From: Patescibacteria group bacterium
GTDB taxonomy: Bacteria; Patescibacteriota; Patescibacteriia; 2-12-FULL-60-25
Length of the DNA: 64,000 bases
Assembly (NCBI GenBank): GCA_018063105.1
Contig: JAGOQX010000001.1
Coordinates: forward strand, 8,551 to 72,550
Direction of reading: 5' to 3'
The position numbers were made by a program, and so were the translations under genes. Shown here in pieces: positions 1 through 8,916 of this stretch. Position 1 is the first letter of the stretch. The number at the start of each line of letters is the position of its first letter. The notes under the pieces were generated by a model that was not told where the DNA came from, did no database searches, and was given only the letters and a program-made list of their open reading frames with translations.

Positions 1-1047
1 CAGCAGACCATCCATATGACGACTCCACGTATATCGTTGCAGCACGCGCTCACGACCAGCTCTCCCCATTCGCGATCGCAACTCTGGATGCTCGATCAAA
101 CACTGGAGTCGTGCTGTGAGTGCAAAAACATCTTTTGGAGGGATGAGATACCCCGTTACCTCATTATCAACCACCGTTCTCACTCCCGGCAACGTCGAAG
201 CAACAACAGGTACACCAGAAGACATTGCCTCAACCGCGACCAATCCAAACGCTTCGGCACCAGAAACGGACGGACAGGCGACGACCTGTGCAAAGCGAAA
301 AATATCTGCAAGATCCTGTTCCGGAACTCTTCCAAGAAATCGAACTCGACGTTCAAGTCCCAACTCTGCCGCAAGACGTTCGTAATGTGCTCGCAAATTC
401 CCATCGCCAACCAAGACACCCCATACATTTGACGGCAATCGTGCCAACGCACGCAGCAGCACATCCACACCTTTGAAGGCATGGGCCGTATCCATCCCAC
501 CGACAAACAACACGACGGGCACGCCTGGAGGAATCCCAAACCGATCAGATGAAACCATTCCGGGCGAGAACAACGACTCATCAACACCAAATGGAATTTC
601 AATCACGCGCGATGCAACGCTTCGATATGAAGAATGCTCGGCATAATCTCGAGATGAAACTAACAACGCATCAGCAGCATCAATGATCGCCGGCTGCCAC
701 CATTTCCGATGTAGGTCCGAAGCTTTTCCCTTCCAGCCAGGTGCTGTAGCATCCATGTGCAATGTCATCACCAATTTTTTGATATGACCGTTTCGCTTCA
801 GTGCCGCAACACGACCAGCGACCCCATAAAACGGATAATGCAGATGAACAATATCTGCAGCAGCAGTGAGCTGACGAAGTGAACGCATCCACCCAACATT
901 TCCGATTCGAAAAAATGGATGCGTGGTCAGCGATGCCACGGATGCATCAACATCACACGCACGAAGAAGCTCAACCTCATGAGCTGCCACAGCTCCCATT
1001 CCACCAACCTCTGGAGGCGACACGCACGCAAGATGAAGAATACGCAT
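1..1047 (-). CDS. GT4-family (GT-B fold) glycosyltransferase; 3' end runs off the window
   Basis: Absent from the ORF track because there is no stop inside the window. Manual reverse translation from the ATG at 1047-1045 reads MRILHLACVSPPEVGGMGAV ... FAQVVACPSVSGAEAFGLVAVEAMSSGVPVVASTLPGV ... GRERVLQRYTWSRHMDGLL. It is open to position 1. The EX7E-type GT4 motif and typical C-terminal tail are present. Confidence 0.8.
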   Translation of the reverse strand, partial: MRILHLACVSPPEVGGMGAVAAHEVELLRACDVDASVASLTTHPFFRIGNVGWMRSLRQLTAAADIVHLHYPFYGVAGRVAALKRNGHIKKLVMTLHMDATAPGWKGKASDLHRKWWQPAIIDAADALLVSSRDYAEHSSYRSVASRVIEIPFGVDESLFSPGMVSSDRFGIPPGVPVVLFVGGMDTAHAFKGVDVLLRALARLPSNVWGVLVGDGNLRAHYERLAAELGLERRVRFLGRVPEQDLADIFRFAQVVACPSVSGAEAFGLVAVEAMSSGVPVVASTLPGVRTVVDNEVTGYLIPPKDVFALTARLQCLIEHPELRSRMGRAGRERVLQRYTWSRHMDGLL

Positions 1048-1056
1048 ATTCGTATA

Positions 1057-1389
1057 CTACTCCTTGGGAGGAAAATCTTTGAGTGCCTCGCGTTGGACAA
1101 GTTTCGTAATCGTTCGTTCTAACCGCTCCAAGCTGATAAATAATTTAAAGACAAGGACAAACAGGGCGACAACGGAACCGTACAATACAAAATCCGCCCC
1201 ACGACCGACACCAAAAAACTGCGCAACAACCGTTGTTGTCTGCGGCAACAACACGATGACACCCGCACCGATCCAGAGCACACTCCAGACCAATGCTTCT
1301 ATACGAGAAATAACATCTTGCGAAGCACGTCGCCAAGTGATAGCAAGCGCAATACCGAGAACAGCGATGAGGACGAATTGAATCAACAT
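1057..1389 (-). CDS. DUF2304-family small membrane protein (commonly paired with GT2 genes)
   Basis: 110-aa ORF with 3-4 hydrophobic helices. Contains FFGVGRGADFVLYGSVV and a C-terminal LERLERTITKLVQRE helix typical of DUF2304. Lies directly downstream of a GT2 gene. Confidence 0.6.
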   Translation of the reverse strand: MLIQFVLIAVLGIALAITWRRASQDVISRIEALVWSVLWIGAGVIVLLPQTTTVVAQFFGVGRGADFVLYGSVVALFVLVFKLFISLERLERTITKLVQREALKDFPPKE

Positions 1390-1420
1390 ACTGTTAATTC
1401 CAGACGTTCACCTCCCCTAA

Positions 1421-1500
1421 CCCCTCCTTCGTAAGGAGGGGGATGTGACACATCACGTCAGAACTCTCCCTCCTTACGAAGGAGGGAGGTGGAGGGAGGT
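1421..1500. repeat. Cluster of short GC-rich palindromes built on CCTCCTT/AAGGAGG plus a 10-nt tandem duplication
   Basis: Hairpin 1 at 1421-1441 is cccctcctt-cgt-aaggagggg (9-bp stem). Hairpin 2 at 1466-1488 is ctccctcctt-acg-aaggagggag (10-bp stem). A palindrome gatgtg-a-cacatc sits between them. ggagggaggt occurs twice in tandem at 1481-1500. The cluster is intergenic between the GT2 stop and the DUF2304 start. Confidence 0.6.
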
Positions 1501-1548
1501 GGTGCCCTGTGTTATTTTTATTATTCATGTCCATATTTTTATACAAAT

Positions 1549-2229
1549 TTATTTCGCAAACAAACCTAAGAATAACTTCCACACAATGTGCAGTGCATCC
1601 GTATTTCGCTGTCCTTTTGCCAACGTCTCCTCAGAATAGATCACCCGTACTGGGACCTCTGTCCATCGAAGCGACGATCGAGTCACTACGCGTAAAATTT
1701 CTGAGCAATGCGCGAACCCATCTTGATTGAACCGAATCTTAGGTGCTGCATCTCGAGTAAACGCTCGCATGCCACCCTGCGGATCTGTCACGCGACGCGG
1801 GATTCCCATGAGCAATGAATTGAACGTCCGCGCGCCTCGAAGCAATGCGCGACGAGCCAATGGAATTCCCTGTGGCTGCTCACCTAGAAAGCGCGAACCA
1901 AATACAACGTCAACCTGGCCATCGCGCAATGGCTGCAGAACATGAGGCACACACGTCGGATCAAACTGCCCATCCGCATCCGTATGAATCACCACATCCG
2001 CCCCCAGTAAGAGCGCCGCCTCTGTCCCCGTTCGCAGACCTGCACCCTGACCTCGATTCACCTGATGACGCAACACCACAACGCCTAAACGACGGGCAAC
2101 CTCCCCGGTCCCATCATGCGATCCATCATCCACCACCACAACACCGTCTACATACGGCAAAACCCCGCGAATTGAGCCCTCTATTCGCGGAGCCTCGTTA
2201 TATGCCGGAATAACGGCAATCGTCTTCAT
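1549..2229 (-). CDS. GT2-family glycosyltransferase (polyprenol-phosphate sugar synthase-like)
   Basis: 226-aa ORF. N-terminus MKTIAVIPAYNEAPRIEGSI, then VVVVDDGSHDGT and a TDADGQ (DXD-like) motif typical of DPM1/GtrB-like GT2 enzymes. Confidence 0.85.
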   Translation of the reverse strand: MKTIAVIPAYNEAPRIEGSIRGVLPYVDGVVVVDDGSHDGTGEVARRLGVVVLRHQVNRGQGAGLRTGTEAALLLGADVVIHTDADGQFDPTCVPHVLQPLRDGQVDVVFGSRFLGEQPQGIPLARRALLRGARTFNSLLMGIPRRVTDPQGGMRAFTRDAAPKIRFNQDGFAHCSEILRVVTRSSLRWTEVPVRVIYSEETLAKGQRNTDALHIVWKLFLGLFAK

Positions 2230-2261
2230 CCCCCTACCTTACTGGAAAAGCGGTTTTTTTT

Positions 2262-3287
2262 CTACCCGGCCTTAAAACCCAACAATGACTTATGGGAAAT
2301 GGAATAATCAATAGCTCGCTTCAGGCCCTCGTCCAATCGAACGAGCGGAATCCAATCGAGTTTTTCTTTTGCCTTTGTCACATCCGGAACACCAAGCTGA
2401 CTCATGAATAACAACGGTGGTTCAAATTTAATACGCGACGTCGAGCCGGTCATTTCAATAATCCGCTGTGCAACATCTACAAGGGACACATCTTGATCAC
2501 TCCCAAGATTCAATGGACCGAATCCTGGTGGCGCCTTCATGAGCTTCATGATCCCATCAACAACATCAGCGACGTAAATGAGTGATGTTTTAAATGTCTC
2601 ATCCCCATAAATCACAACATCTTTGTTATCCAGTGCATCCGTAATAAAATCTGGAATCATTTGACCATCGTACAACGGCATTCGAGGACCGTACGTTCGA
2701 AAGATGCGCGCAATCTTTGCATCAATCCCATGAACCTGCGCGTAGGTTTCAAACATGGTTTCTGCATATCGCTTGCCTTCGTCATAACAGGCGCGTGGTG
2801 ATAACGCATTAACCATACCGTACTCCTCTTCCTTGTACGCATGATTATCTGCTGGACGAGGTCCGTACACGACCGATGCGGATCCCAACAAAATCTTGGC
2901 GTGATATTTTACCGCTAAATCCAATGCATTTTTTACCGCAACCGAATTCGCCAACAACGTTTGCATCTTATATTGATCAAACTTCTTCGGACTTGTTGGG
3001 CAGGCAAAATGATAGATTTCTTGAATTCCCTGAAACTTAATTTTGAATCGTGCTAATTCCGGAAATGCTTCAGGATCAAACGGCATGTTGAAATCATGTC
3101 GAATAAATTCAAAATCCGGATTTTTCAACAACAGATCAATATTTGATTCTTGCGACGTGACAAAATTATCCACACAGATCACTCGAGCGTCTTCTGAGAG
3201 AAGTTTTTCGCACAAAAACGAACCGATAAACCCAGCACCGCCAGTCACTAAGATATTCTTCTTTTCGGACACAGGAGCTTCTGCCAT
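2262..3287 (-). CDS. Extended SDR, UDP-glucuronate decarboxylase (UXS)-like, non-canonical active-site motif
   Basis: 341-aa ORF. Has Rossmann motif TGGAGFIGS, CYDEGKRYAET (YxxxK) and ARIFRTYGPRM, resembling UXS/ArnA-C enzymes. The STSEVYG motif reads SASVVYG. Carries an insertion ELARFKIKFQGIQEIYH. Confidence 0.8.
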   Translation of the reverse strand: MAEAPVSEKKNILVTGGAGFIGSFLCEKLLSEDARVICVDNFVTSQESNIDLLLKNPDFEFIRHDFNMPFDPEAFPELARFKIKFQGIQEIYHFACPTSPKKFDQYKMQTLLANSVAVKNALDLAVKYHAKILLGSASVVYGPRPADNHAYKEEEYGMVNALSPRACYDEGKRYAETMFETYAQVHGIDAKIARIFRTYGPRMPLYDGQMIPDFITDALDNKDVVIYGDETFKTSLIYVADVVDGIMKLMKAPPGFGPLNLGSDQDVSLVDVAQRIIEMTGSTSRIKFEPPLLFMSQLGVPDVTKAKEKLDWIPLVRLDEGLKRAIDYSISHKSLLGFKAG

Positions 3288-3291
3288 ATTA

Positions 3292-4305
3292 TTAAAAAGA
3301 TATTTGTTTACGATGTGATTGAGCGTAATCGATCATGCGACGCAAACCGTCCTCTAACCGAACCAACGGAATCCAACCCAACACCTCACGCGCGCGCGTT
3401 GTGTCTGGCAATCCCGCTTCTATGTAATGTGCATACGGAGCTTCAAAGCGAATGCGCGACGTTGATCCGGTAAATTCTAAGACCTTTTGCGCGATGGAAA
3501 CCAATCGAACATCCTGATCTGATCCAAGGTTCAACAATGTCACATCAATCGGCGTTTGCATGAGTCGATTCAACCCATCAACAATATCAGAAACAAATGC
3601 CATTGATGTTCGCGTTTCCTCATTCCCAGCAATGGTAATGTCTTTGTTGTCTAGCGCGGATAAAACAATATCAGGAATCAGGTTCCCATCAAAAATCTTC
3701 ATGCGCGGACCATAGGTTCTGAAAATACGAGCGATCTTTACATCAATGTGATAGACATCAGCGTATGTCTGCAAAATAGCTTCTGAAAACCGCTTCCCCT
3801 CATCATATGCACCACGTGATGTGAGATGATCGATACGACATTCATCCGTTTCCGCATAATACGTTTTTTCTGCACGACGTGGACCATAGAGCACGCTCGA
3901 GGAGGCGTACAGGAGTTTTGAGCGATAATGCACGGCCAAATCCAACACATTCTTCACCCCGACGGAATTCGTTAACACTGTCGCGATTTTAAAATCATCA
4001 AAATGTCGTTTCGAAATCGGGCAGGCAAGATGATAGATTTCCTGAATCCCCTGAAACTTAATTTTAAATCGCTCTAATTCAGGCAACGATTCCAAATCAA
4101 TCGGCTGAATAATGTCGTGATTGATGAATTCAAAATTTGGATCTTGCAACAGGTGATCAATATTCGAAACAGAACTTGTAATAAAGTTATCAATACAAAT
4201 CACGTGTGCATCTTTGATCAACCGATCGCACAAATGTGAACCAATAAACCCAGCACCACCTGTCACGATAACGTTCTTACGTTCAAAGATAGGTTTGTCT
4301 TGCAT
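3292..4305 (-). CDS. Extended SDR, UXS-like, tandem paralog of 2262-3287
   Basis: 337-aa ORF. Has TGGAGFIGS, AYDEGKRFSEA and ARIFRTYGPRM. The STSEVYG motif reads SSSVLYG. Carries the same ELERFKIKFQGIQEIYH insertion as its neighbour. Confidence 0.8.
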   Translation of the reverse strand: MQDKPIFERKNVIVTGGAGFIGSHLCDRLIKDAHVICIDNFITSSVSNIDHLLQDPNFEFINHDIIQPIDLESLPELERFKIKFQGIQEIYHLACPISKRHFDDFKIATVLTNSVGVKNVLDLAVHYRSKLLYASSSVLYGPRRAEKTYYAETDECRIDHLTSRGAYDEGKRFSEAILQTYADVYHIDVKIARIFRTYGPRMKIFDGNLIPDIVLSALDNKDITIAGNEETRTSMAFVSDIVDGLNRLMQTPIDVTLLNLGSDQDVRLVSIAQKVLEFTGSTSRIRFEAPYAHYIEAGLPDTTRAREVLGWIPLVRLEDGLRRMIDYAQSHRKQISF

Positions 4306-4353
4306 GGTGTGTAGTATACCGCATTTTTTATCTCTCCTCTATGCCATTTTTTA

Positions 4354-4463
4354 TTCGTCATCCCGAGCGAAGTCTGACGAAGCCGAGGGATCCCTTAGTT
4401 GAGCGGCCGGACGCTAAGCGATTCCTCCGCGCGTCGTCTGACTCCTTGGTCGGGATGACGAGG
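4354..4463. repeat. Roughly 110-nt imperfect-palindrome (MITE/REP-like) element, copy 1
   Basis: ttcgtcatcccgagcgaagtctgacgaagccgagggatcccttagt ... ctaagcgattcctccgcgcgtcgtctgactccttggtcgggatgacgag. The termini gtcatcccga / tcgggatgac are inverted repeats. A near-identical copy in the opposite orientation lies at 53099-53214. Intergenic between the S8 protease stop and the UXS-like start. Confidence 0.8.
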
Positions 4464-4466
4464 TTG

Positions 4467-6356
4467 TTATCTTGGCCACGTCTCGTAAAAGTTCCAGCCT
4501 TTCTGACGGCGTTCTCCTTCTGGAATCTGCTTCCATGGTTTTAAAGAAACCGTACCGCGTGACGGATGAACACCCACAGCGTCACCTGTTAAAACAAGTT
4601 GAGCTGCGCGTGTCAGAAGCGCATACGCACCTGCACCACCCTGCGATTCTGTACGCTTCATCGTCCGTCCATCCGTTGCTTTCTTCAATGCATAGACTCC
4701 ATGAGCCAAACGTACTCCCCGAGCGCCGATGACAGCGATCTGTTGAGCGCCAAATTTGGCATTGATCAAAAAGGATGGAACTGGACGAGTAATACTAACA
4801 GCAGAAATTCCTCGTGCATCCGTTGCCTCCAAGGTTGATATTTCTCGTGCATCCTGCGCAGCTTCAGACACAAGCCAAGCACGATGACCGTTTGCCTCAC
4901 CTAGAAAGAGCACCTCTTTCCCGGATGCATCCAAATCTGCGGCTGCAAGAAATAATCCTTTTTCAACTGTCTTCCCTATTTCCCCTGCAGCCAACAACAC
5001 ACCGTCCAACCGAAAGACGCTCCATGCCCCCTTCGGATCTCCGATCATCGTTACCGCAATCTGAGGTTCCAGCGTTCCATTCCATCGAATAAACGCAGCC
5101 CGAACTCCCCGTCGATCAGTAGGCGACCCGACCTGCAATCGCATCCGCTCCGCCCGACCCGCCGTCAGAATACGAACCTCTGGAGATGATCCAGGCGCAG
5201 AACCTTCAAGAGAGAGCGGCCCCAACAATGCAGACTGATTGTCTTCCTTCAAAGCTCGCGCAACGTTCACACGACCAATGCCGAGCTTGCCAGCAAACGC
5301 ACCCGCATCAAACGGATCACTCGTCCGACGAATCTGCTCAGCTAATTCCTGACCTCGCCACTCTGGATGTTTTGCTTTTAAAAGTGCGGCTAAACCCGAA
5401 ACCAACGGCGCAGCAACGGACGTTCCGCTTAAATGACCGACGTATCCAGAGATAGAAGTGTTTGGCTCATGCGGATCAACGGTCGGTCGTGCAGCAAAAA
5501 TGTCTTGACCCGGCGCACTCACATCAACACATGCTCCAAAATTCGCTTTATTCACTTTTTGATTCAAACGATCAATTCCCGTCACCGTTAACTCCCCTAA
5601 GCCCAACACACCTTTGTGACAGGCCGGATATCCAGGCAATTGATCCATATCTTGCCCACCAGCATCATCACTATTTCCAGCAGCGCTCACAACAAGAACA
5701 CCTTGAGATGTTGCCAGACGAATCGCATCAGCAAGATCCTGATCAAACTCGTATCCAACTAAACTTAAATTAATAATATCTGCTCCATGCGCAACAGCGT
5801 AGCGAATCGCACGAACGATATGACCGTCCCCACCCGTACCCGCACCATCCAATACAACGAGCGGCATGATACGCGCACGCCAAGACACTCCAGCAATTCC
5901 GATACCGTTATTTCCTTCGCCCGCGATCAATGATGCGACGACCGTTCCATGAATCCATGCATCCGTTAAAATTTGCCCAGAAGATGTTGGGGTGACATCC
6001 GCGATATCCAACACAAAATTCCACCCGTGCACGTCATCAATATATCCATCCCCATCATCATCTTTGTTATTCCCTGCAATCTCGTTTGGATTTGTCCAGA
6101 TGTTTTGCTTCAAATCTGCATGCGTAATATCAACAGCACTATCAATCACCGCAACAACCACATCGCGCGAACCCGTGGAAGAAACCCAGCCCTCACGTGC
6201 ATGAATCGCGTCGAGATACCACTGTTTTGAACCGAACGTATCATTCGTTTCCACCGAAGGTGTACTCGTTGTCGCGGCATGCGAAAGAGCCGGCAATCCA
6301 AGACTCCAAAAAACAGCGAGGAAGATGGGAATGCATCGGCGAAAGAGGTACGTCAT
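4467..6356 (-). CDS. Secreted subtilisin-like serine protease (peptidase S8) with an uncharacterised C-terminal extension
   Basis: 629-aa ORF. Signal peptide MTYLFRRCIPIFLAVFWSLGLPALSHA. Catalytic triad motifs VAVIDSAVD (Asp), HGTVVASLIAG (His) and GTSVAAPLVSGLAALL (Ser). About 250 aa C-terminal region carries no motif I recognise. Confidence 0.9.
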   Translation of the reverse strand: MTYLFRRCIPIFLAVFWSLGLPALSHAATTSTPSVETNDTFGSKQWYLDAIHAREGWVSSTGSRDVVVAVIDSAVDITHADLKQNIWTNPNEIAGNNKDDDGDGYIDDVHGWNFVLDIADVTPTSSGQILTDAWIHGTVVASLIAGEGNNGIGIAGVSWRARIMPLVVLDGAGTGGDGHIVRAIRYAVAHGADIINLSLVGYEFDQDLADAIRLATSQGVLVVSAAGNSDDAGGQDMDQLPGYPACHKGVLGLGELTVTGIDRLNQKVNKANFGACVDVSAPGQDIFAARPTVDPHEPNTSISGYVGHLSGTSVAAPLVSGLAALLKAKHPEWRGQELAEQIRRTSDPFDAGAFAGKLGIGRVNVARALKEDNQSALLGPLSLEGSAPGSSPEVRILTAGRAERMRLQVGSPTDRRGVRAAFIRWNGTLEPQIAVTMIGDPKGAWSVFRLDGVLLAAGEIGKTVEKGLFLAAADLDASGKEVLFLGEANGHRAWLVSEAAQDAREISTLEATDARGISAVSITRPVPSFLINAKFGAQQIAVIGARGVRLAHGVYALKKATDGRTMKRTESQGGAGAYALLTRAAQLVLTGDAVGVHPSRGTVSLKPWKQIPEGERRQKGWNFYETWPR

Positions 6357-6442
6357 CCAAGTAGCTTACCTCAACCTGAATGAGATGTCTTGGGAACGAA
6401 AAACATTGATCCTTTTGCCCAAATCTGCCAAACTCTCACTAT

Positions 6443-7816
6443 ATGTATCGCATTGGAATCAAAGTAAAACGGTTTTTGCTCGTAACCGGGGATTTTCTGG
6501 TGTTTTTCTGCTCGCTCTTCCTCACCCTGAGCCTCCGATACGGCACCATCTCATCCGGCATTTGGGATGCGCACGTTGTTCCATTCTTCATCATCAGCAT
6601 CGCCTGGCTCGTCACGTTCTACATCTCTGGCCTGTACGACCTCTCACTCACAACGGACAGCTTTCGATTCTTGCGCACATTTCTGGAAAGCATGCTCATC
6701 AACCTCGGTCTTGCGCTCGGCTTCTTTTATCTGGTCCCATTTTTCGGTATTGCTCCACGCACAAACTTGATTTTAGATTTTGTTCTCGTCCTCCTCGTAG
6801 GGTACGCCTGGCGCATGCTCTTTAATCGCATTCTCGCCCCATCCCTATTCCGCGATCGCGTCCTCTTCATCGGTCATCCAGATGACGCGATGCGCGTCAA
6901 CGAACTGTTCAAACAAAGCGCGCTCGGTTTTGAACTCGTTGCCGTTGCGGAGACGGCGCCAGGAACACACACGGAAGACGGCGACATTACGTGGCATGTG
7001 AGCTTGGACGTCATTGACCAACTGTTGCGTGATAAAAATATCAACACGATCGTTCTCGGACACAAGCCAGAAGATATTCCGGGTTTGCGTGATGCGCTCT
7101 ACAAAACCTTGTTCACCAACGTCACGATTTTAGATCGCACAACGCTGGAAGAGATTTTGACAGGCCGAGTTCCTCTGGAGCACGTTTCGCAATCCTGGTT
7201 TCTTGAACATCTCCGAGAAAATGACAAGACGTGGTACGAGGGCGCCAAACGTATTTCAGACTTCATCCTCTCTATCCCAATTGGACTATTCACCCTCCTC
7301 ACATTTCCGATCCTGGCGCTTCTCGTCAAATGGTCTTCACCGGGTCCGATCTTGATTCGACAAACGCGCATCGGCAAACACGGCAAACCGTTTACATTGT
7401 TTAAATATCGCACGATGGTTGCGAATGCCGAGACAATGGGTCGACCGCAATATGCAACAGAAGACGATCCGCGCATCACAAAAATCGGAAAATACTTACG
7501 CAAAACACGCCTCGACGAACTTCCGCAATCCTGGAACGTCCTCCGCGGCGACATGAGCCTGATCGGTCCGCGACCGGAACGCCCGGAGTTCGTGGAAGAG
7601 CTGACACGACAAATGCCGTTCTATCCATTACGACACCTGACCCGACCGGGGCTATCAGGATGGGCGCAGGTGAAGTTTAGGTATGCCTCGACGTTTGAGG
7701 ACAATTTGAAAAAATTACAATACGATTTGTACTATATTAAGCACAGGTCGATCCTCCTTGACATAGCGATACTATTGAAGACGATTGGGATTGTGGTGCG
7801 GAGACAGGGAACGTAA
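6443..7816 (+). CDS. Initiating polyprenyl-phosphate glycosyl-1-phosphate transferase (WbaP/WcaJ/WsaP-type bacterial sugar transferase)
   Basis: 457-aa ORF with N-terminal TM helices. C-terminal motif KTRLDELPQSWNVLRGDMSLIGPRPERPEF is diagnostic of the Bac_transf family. Confidence 0.9.
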   Translation: MYRIGIKVKRFLLVTGDFLVFFCSLFLTLSLRYGTISSGIWDAHVVPFFIISIAWLVTFYISGLYDLSLTTDSFRFLRTFLESMLINLGLALGFFYLVPFFGIAPRTNLILDFVLVLLVGYAWRMLFNRILAPSLFRDRVLFIGHPDDAMRVNELFKQSALGFELVAVAETAPGTHTEDGDITWHVSLDVIDQLLRDKNINTIVLGHKPEDIPGLRDALYKTLFTNVTILDRTTLEEILTGRVPLEHVSQSWFLEHLRENDKTWYEGAKRISDFILSIPIGLFTLLTFPILALLVKWSSPGPILIRQTRIGKHGKPFTLFKYRTMVANAETMGRPQYATEDDPRITKIGKYLRKTRLDELPQSWNVLRGDMSLIGPRPERPEFVEELTRQMPFYPLRHLTRPGLSGWAQVKFRYASTFEDNLKKLQYDLYYIKHRSILLDIAILLKTIGIVVRRQGT

Positions 7817-7866
7817 TATTCGTTCAGTTTTTTGCTTTCGTTATCGCGTATCACGTTTTCTAAAAA

Positions 7867-8850
7867 ATGAAATCACGGCTACCTAATACATCACCAACAT
7901 ACATGTTCATCCTCCCACCTGATGCGCTGGTCAACATCCTTCGTTGCTCTTTCTGCAAAGCATCCTTAGAACACACACAGACTGCCTGGAGATGCCAAAG
8001 CTGCGCAATGGTCTTTCCAAATTCACCCATACACGTTGGAACGCATGAAGAATTAACGATCGACTTCAGTATTTCGAAACGACCCTATTGCTTAACGGAA
8101 TCTGAAAAAATTTGGAAAGAAGAACAGGAACGGTACGAAGAACGAAGTAGGACGCATCACAATATTCTTCCTATCCAAGAATACCTCAATGAAATCAATG
8201 GCGTGAAAGAAATCTATACACGCGAGTTTCATCTTGAAGGCGCAGTGCTTGATGTGGGTGGTCATCAGGGCAGACTGAGACATTTTTTAGATGAGCAGAC
8301 AAGCCTATACGTCTCTATCGATCCGTATAAACAGACATTCTCTAATATTGAGTCGCTCACTCCTCTTCTCGAGGCGTACCCCGTATTAAAGCAGCCTTGC
8401 TATTTTGTCGTCGGCGTCGCCGAACGTCTCCCGTTTGCAAGTCAATCGTTTGATTGGGTTCACATGAGATCCGTCCTTGATCATTTTGAAGATCCATATC
8501 TTGCGCTAAAAGAAGCGTACAGAGTGTTAAAACCGGGTGGAAAAATCCTCATCGGATTAGCCATTGTTGAGAAGTTGCACCGTACAGAACAGAACACATC
8601 ACTCCTTCAACGAATCAGAACGAATGTCCAAAAAAATGGAATCAGCGGCCTCTTCCGAACGGTAATACAAAAAATGAGAGATCGCGTCTTCCATCATCAC
8701 ACGCAGCATCATCACGTCTTTCGTTTTTCTCACGCACAGCTCACCGAAATGCTTCAGGATGCCGGCTTCAGCGTCCACCATGAACATTGGCAGAAACCAC
8801 CGACCGACTTCTGTCTCTATCTAGACGCGATAAAACAAACGAACAAATAA
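7867..8850 (+). CDS. Class I SAM-dependent methyltransferase with N-terminal zinc ribbon
   Basis: 327-aa ORF. CSFC...CQSC zinc ribbon. SAM motif I VLDVGGHQG and post-I/II region VLKPGGKILIG. Confidence 0.7.
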   Translation: MKSRLPNTSPTYMFILPPDALVNILRCSFCKASLEHTQTAWRCQSCAMVFPNSPIHVGTHEELTIDFSISKRPYCLTESEKIWKEEQERYEERSRTHHNILPIQEYLNEINGVKEIYTREFHLEGAVLDVGGHQGRLRHFLDEQTSLYVSIDPYKQTFSNIESLTPLLEAYPVLKQPCYFVVGVAERLPFASQSFDWVHMRSVLDHFEDPYLALKEAYRVLKPGGKILIGLAIVEKLHRTEQNTSLLQRIRTNVQKNGISGLFRTVIQKMRDRVFHHHTQHHHVFRFSHAQLTEMLQDAGFSVHHEHWQKPPTDFCLYLDAIKQTNK

Positions 8851-8881
8851 CCGAGCCAGCATCTCTTAACCTTGACACCTT

Positions 8882-8910
8882 TTGACACCTTTTGACCATG
8901 CCTGTACACT
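8882..8910 (+). promoter_or_regulatory. Sigma-70-like promoter candidate (TTGACA-17 nt-TACACT) within 10-nt direct repeats
   Basis: TTGACA at 8882-8887, a 17-nt spacer, then TACACT at 8905-8910. The ATG of the HTH gene at 8917 is 7 nt after the -10 element, so the transcript may be leaderless. tttgacacct is tandemly repeated across 8871-8898. Confidence 0.45.
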
Positions 8911-8916
8911 TGATCC

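Noticed and set aside
1481-1500. Tandem 10-nt repeats here and at 8871-8898 as possible CRISPR or minisatellite arrays
   Set aside because: Only two to three units occur, with no spacers and no cas genes. They are better explained as a local duplication or promoter-region iterons.
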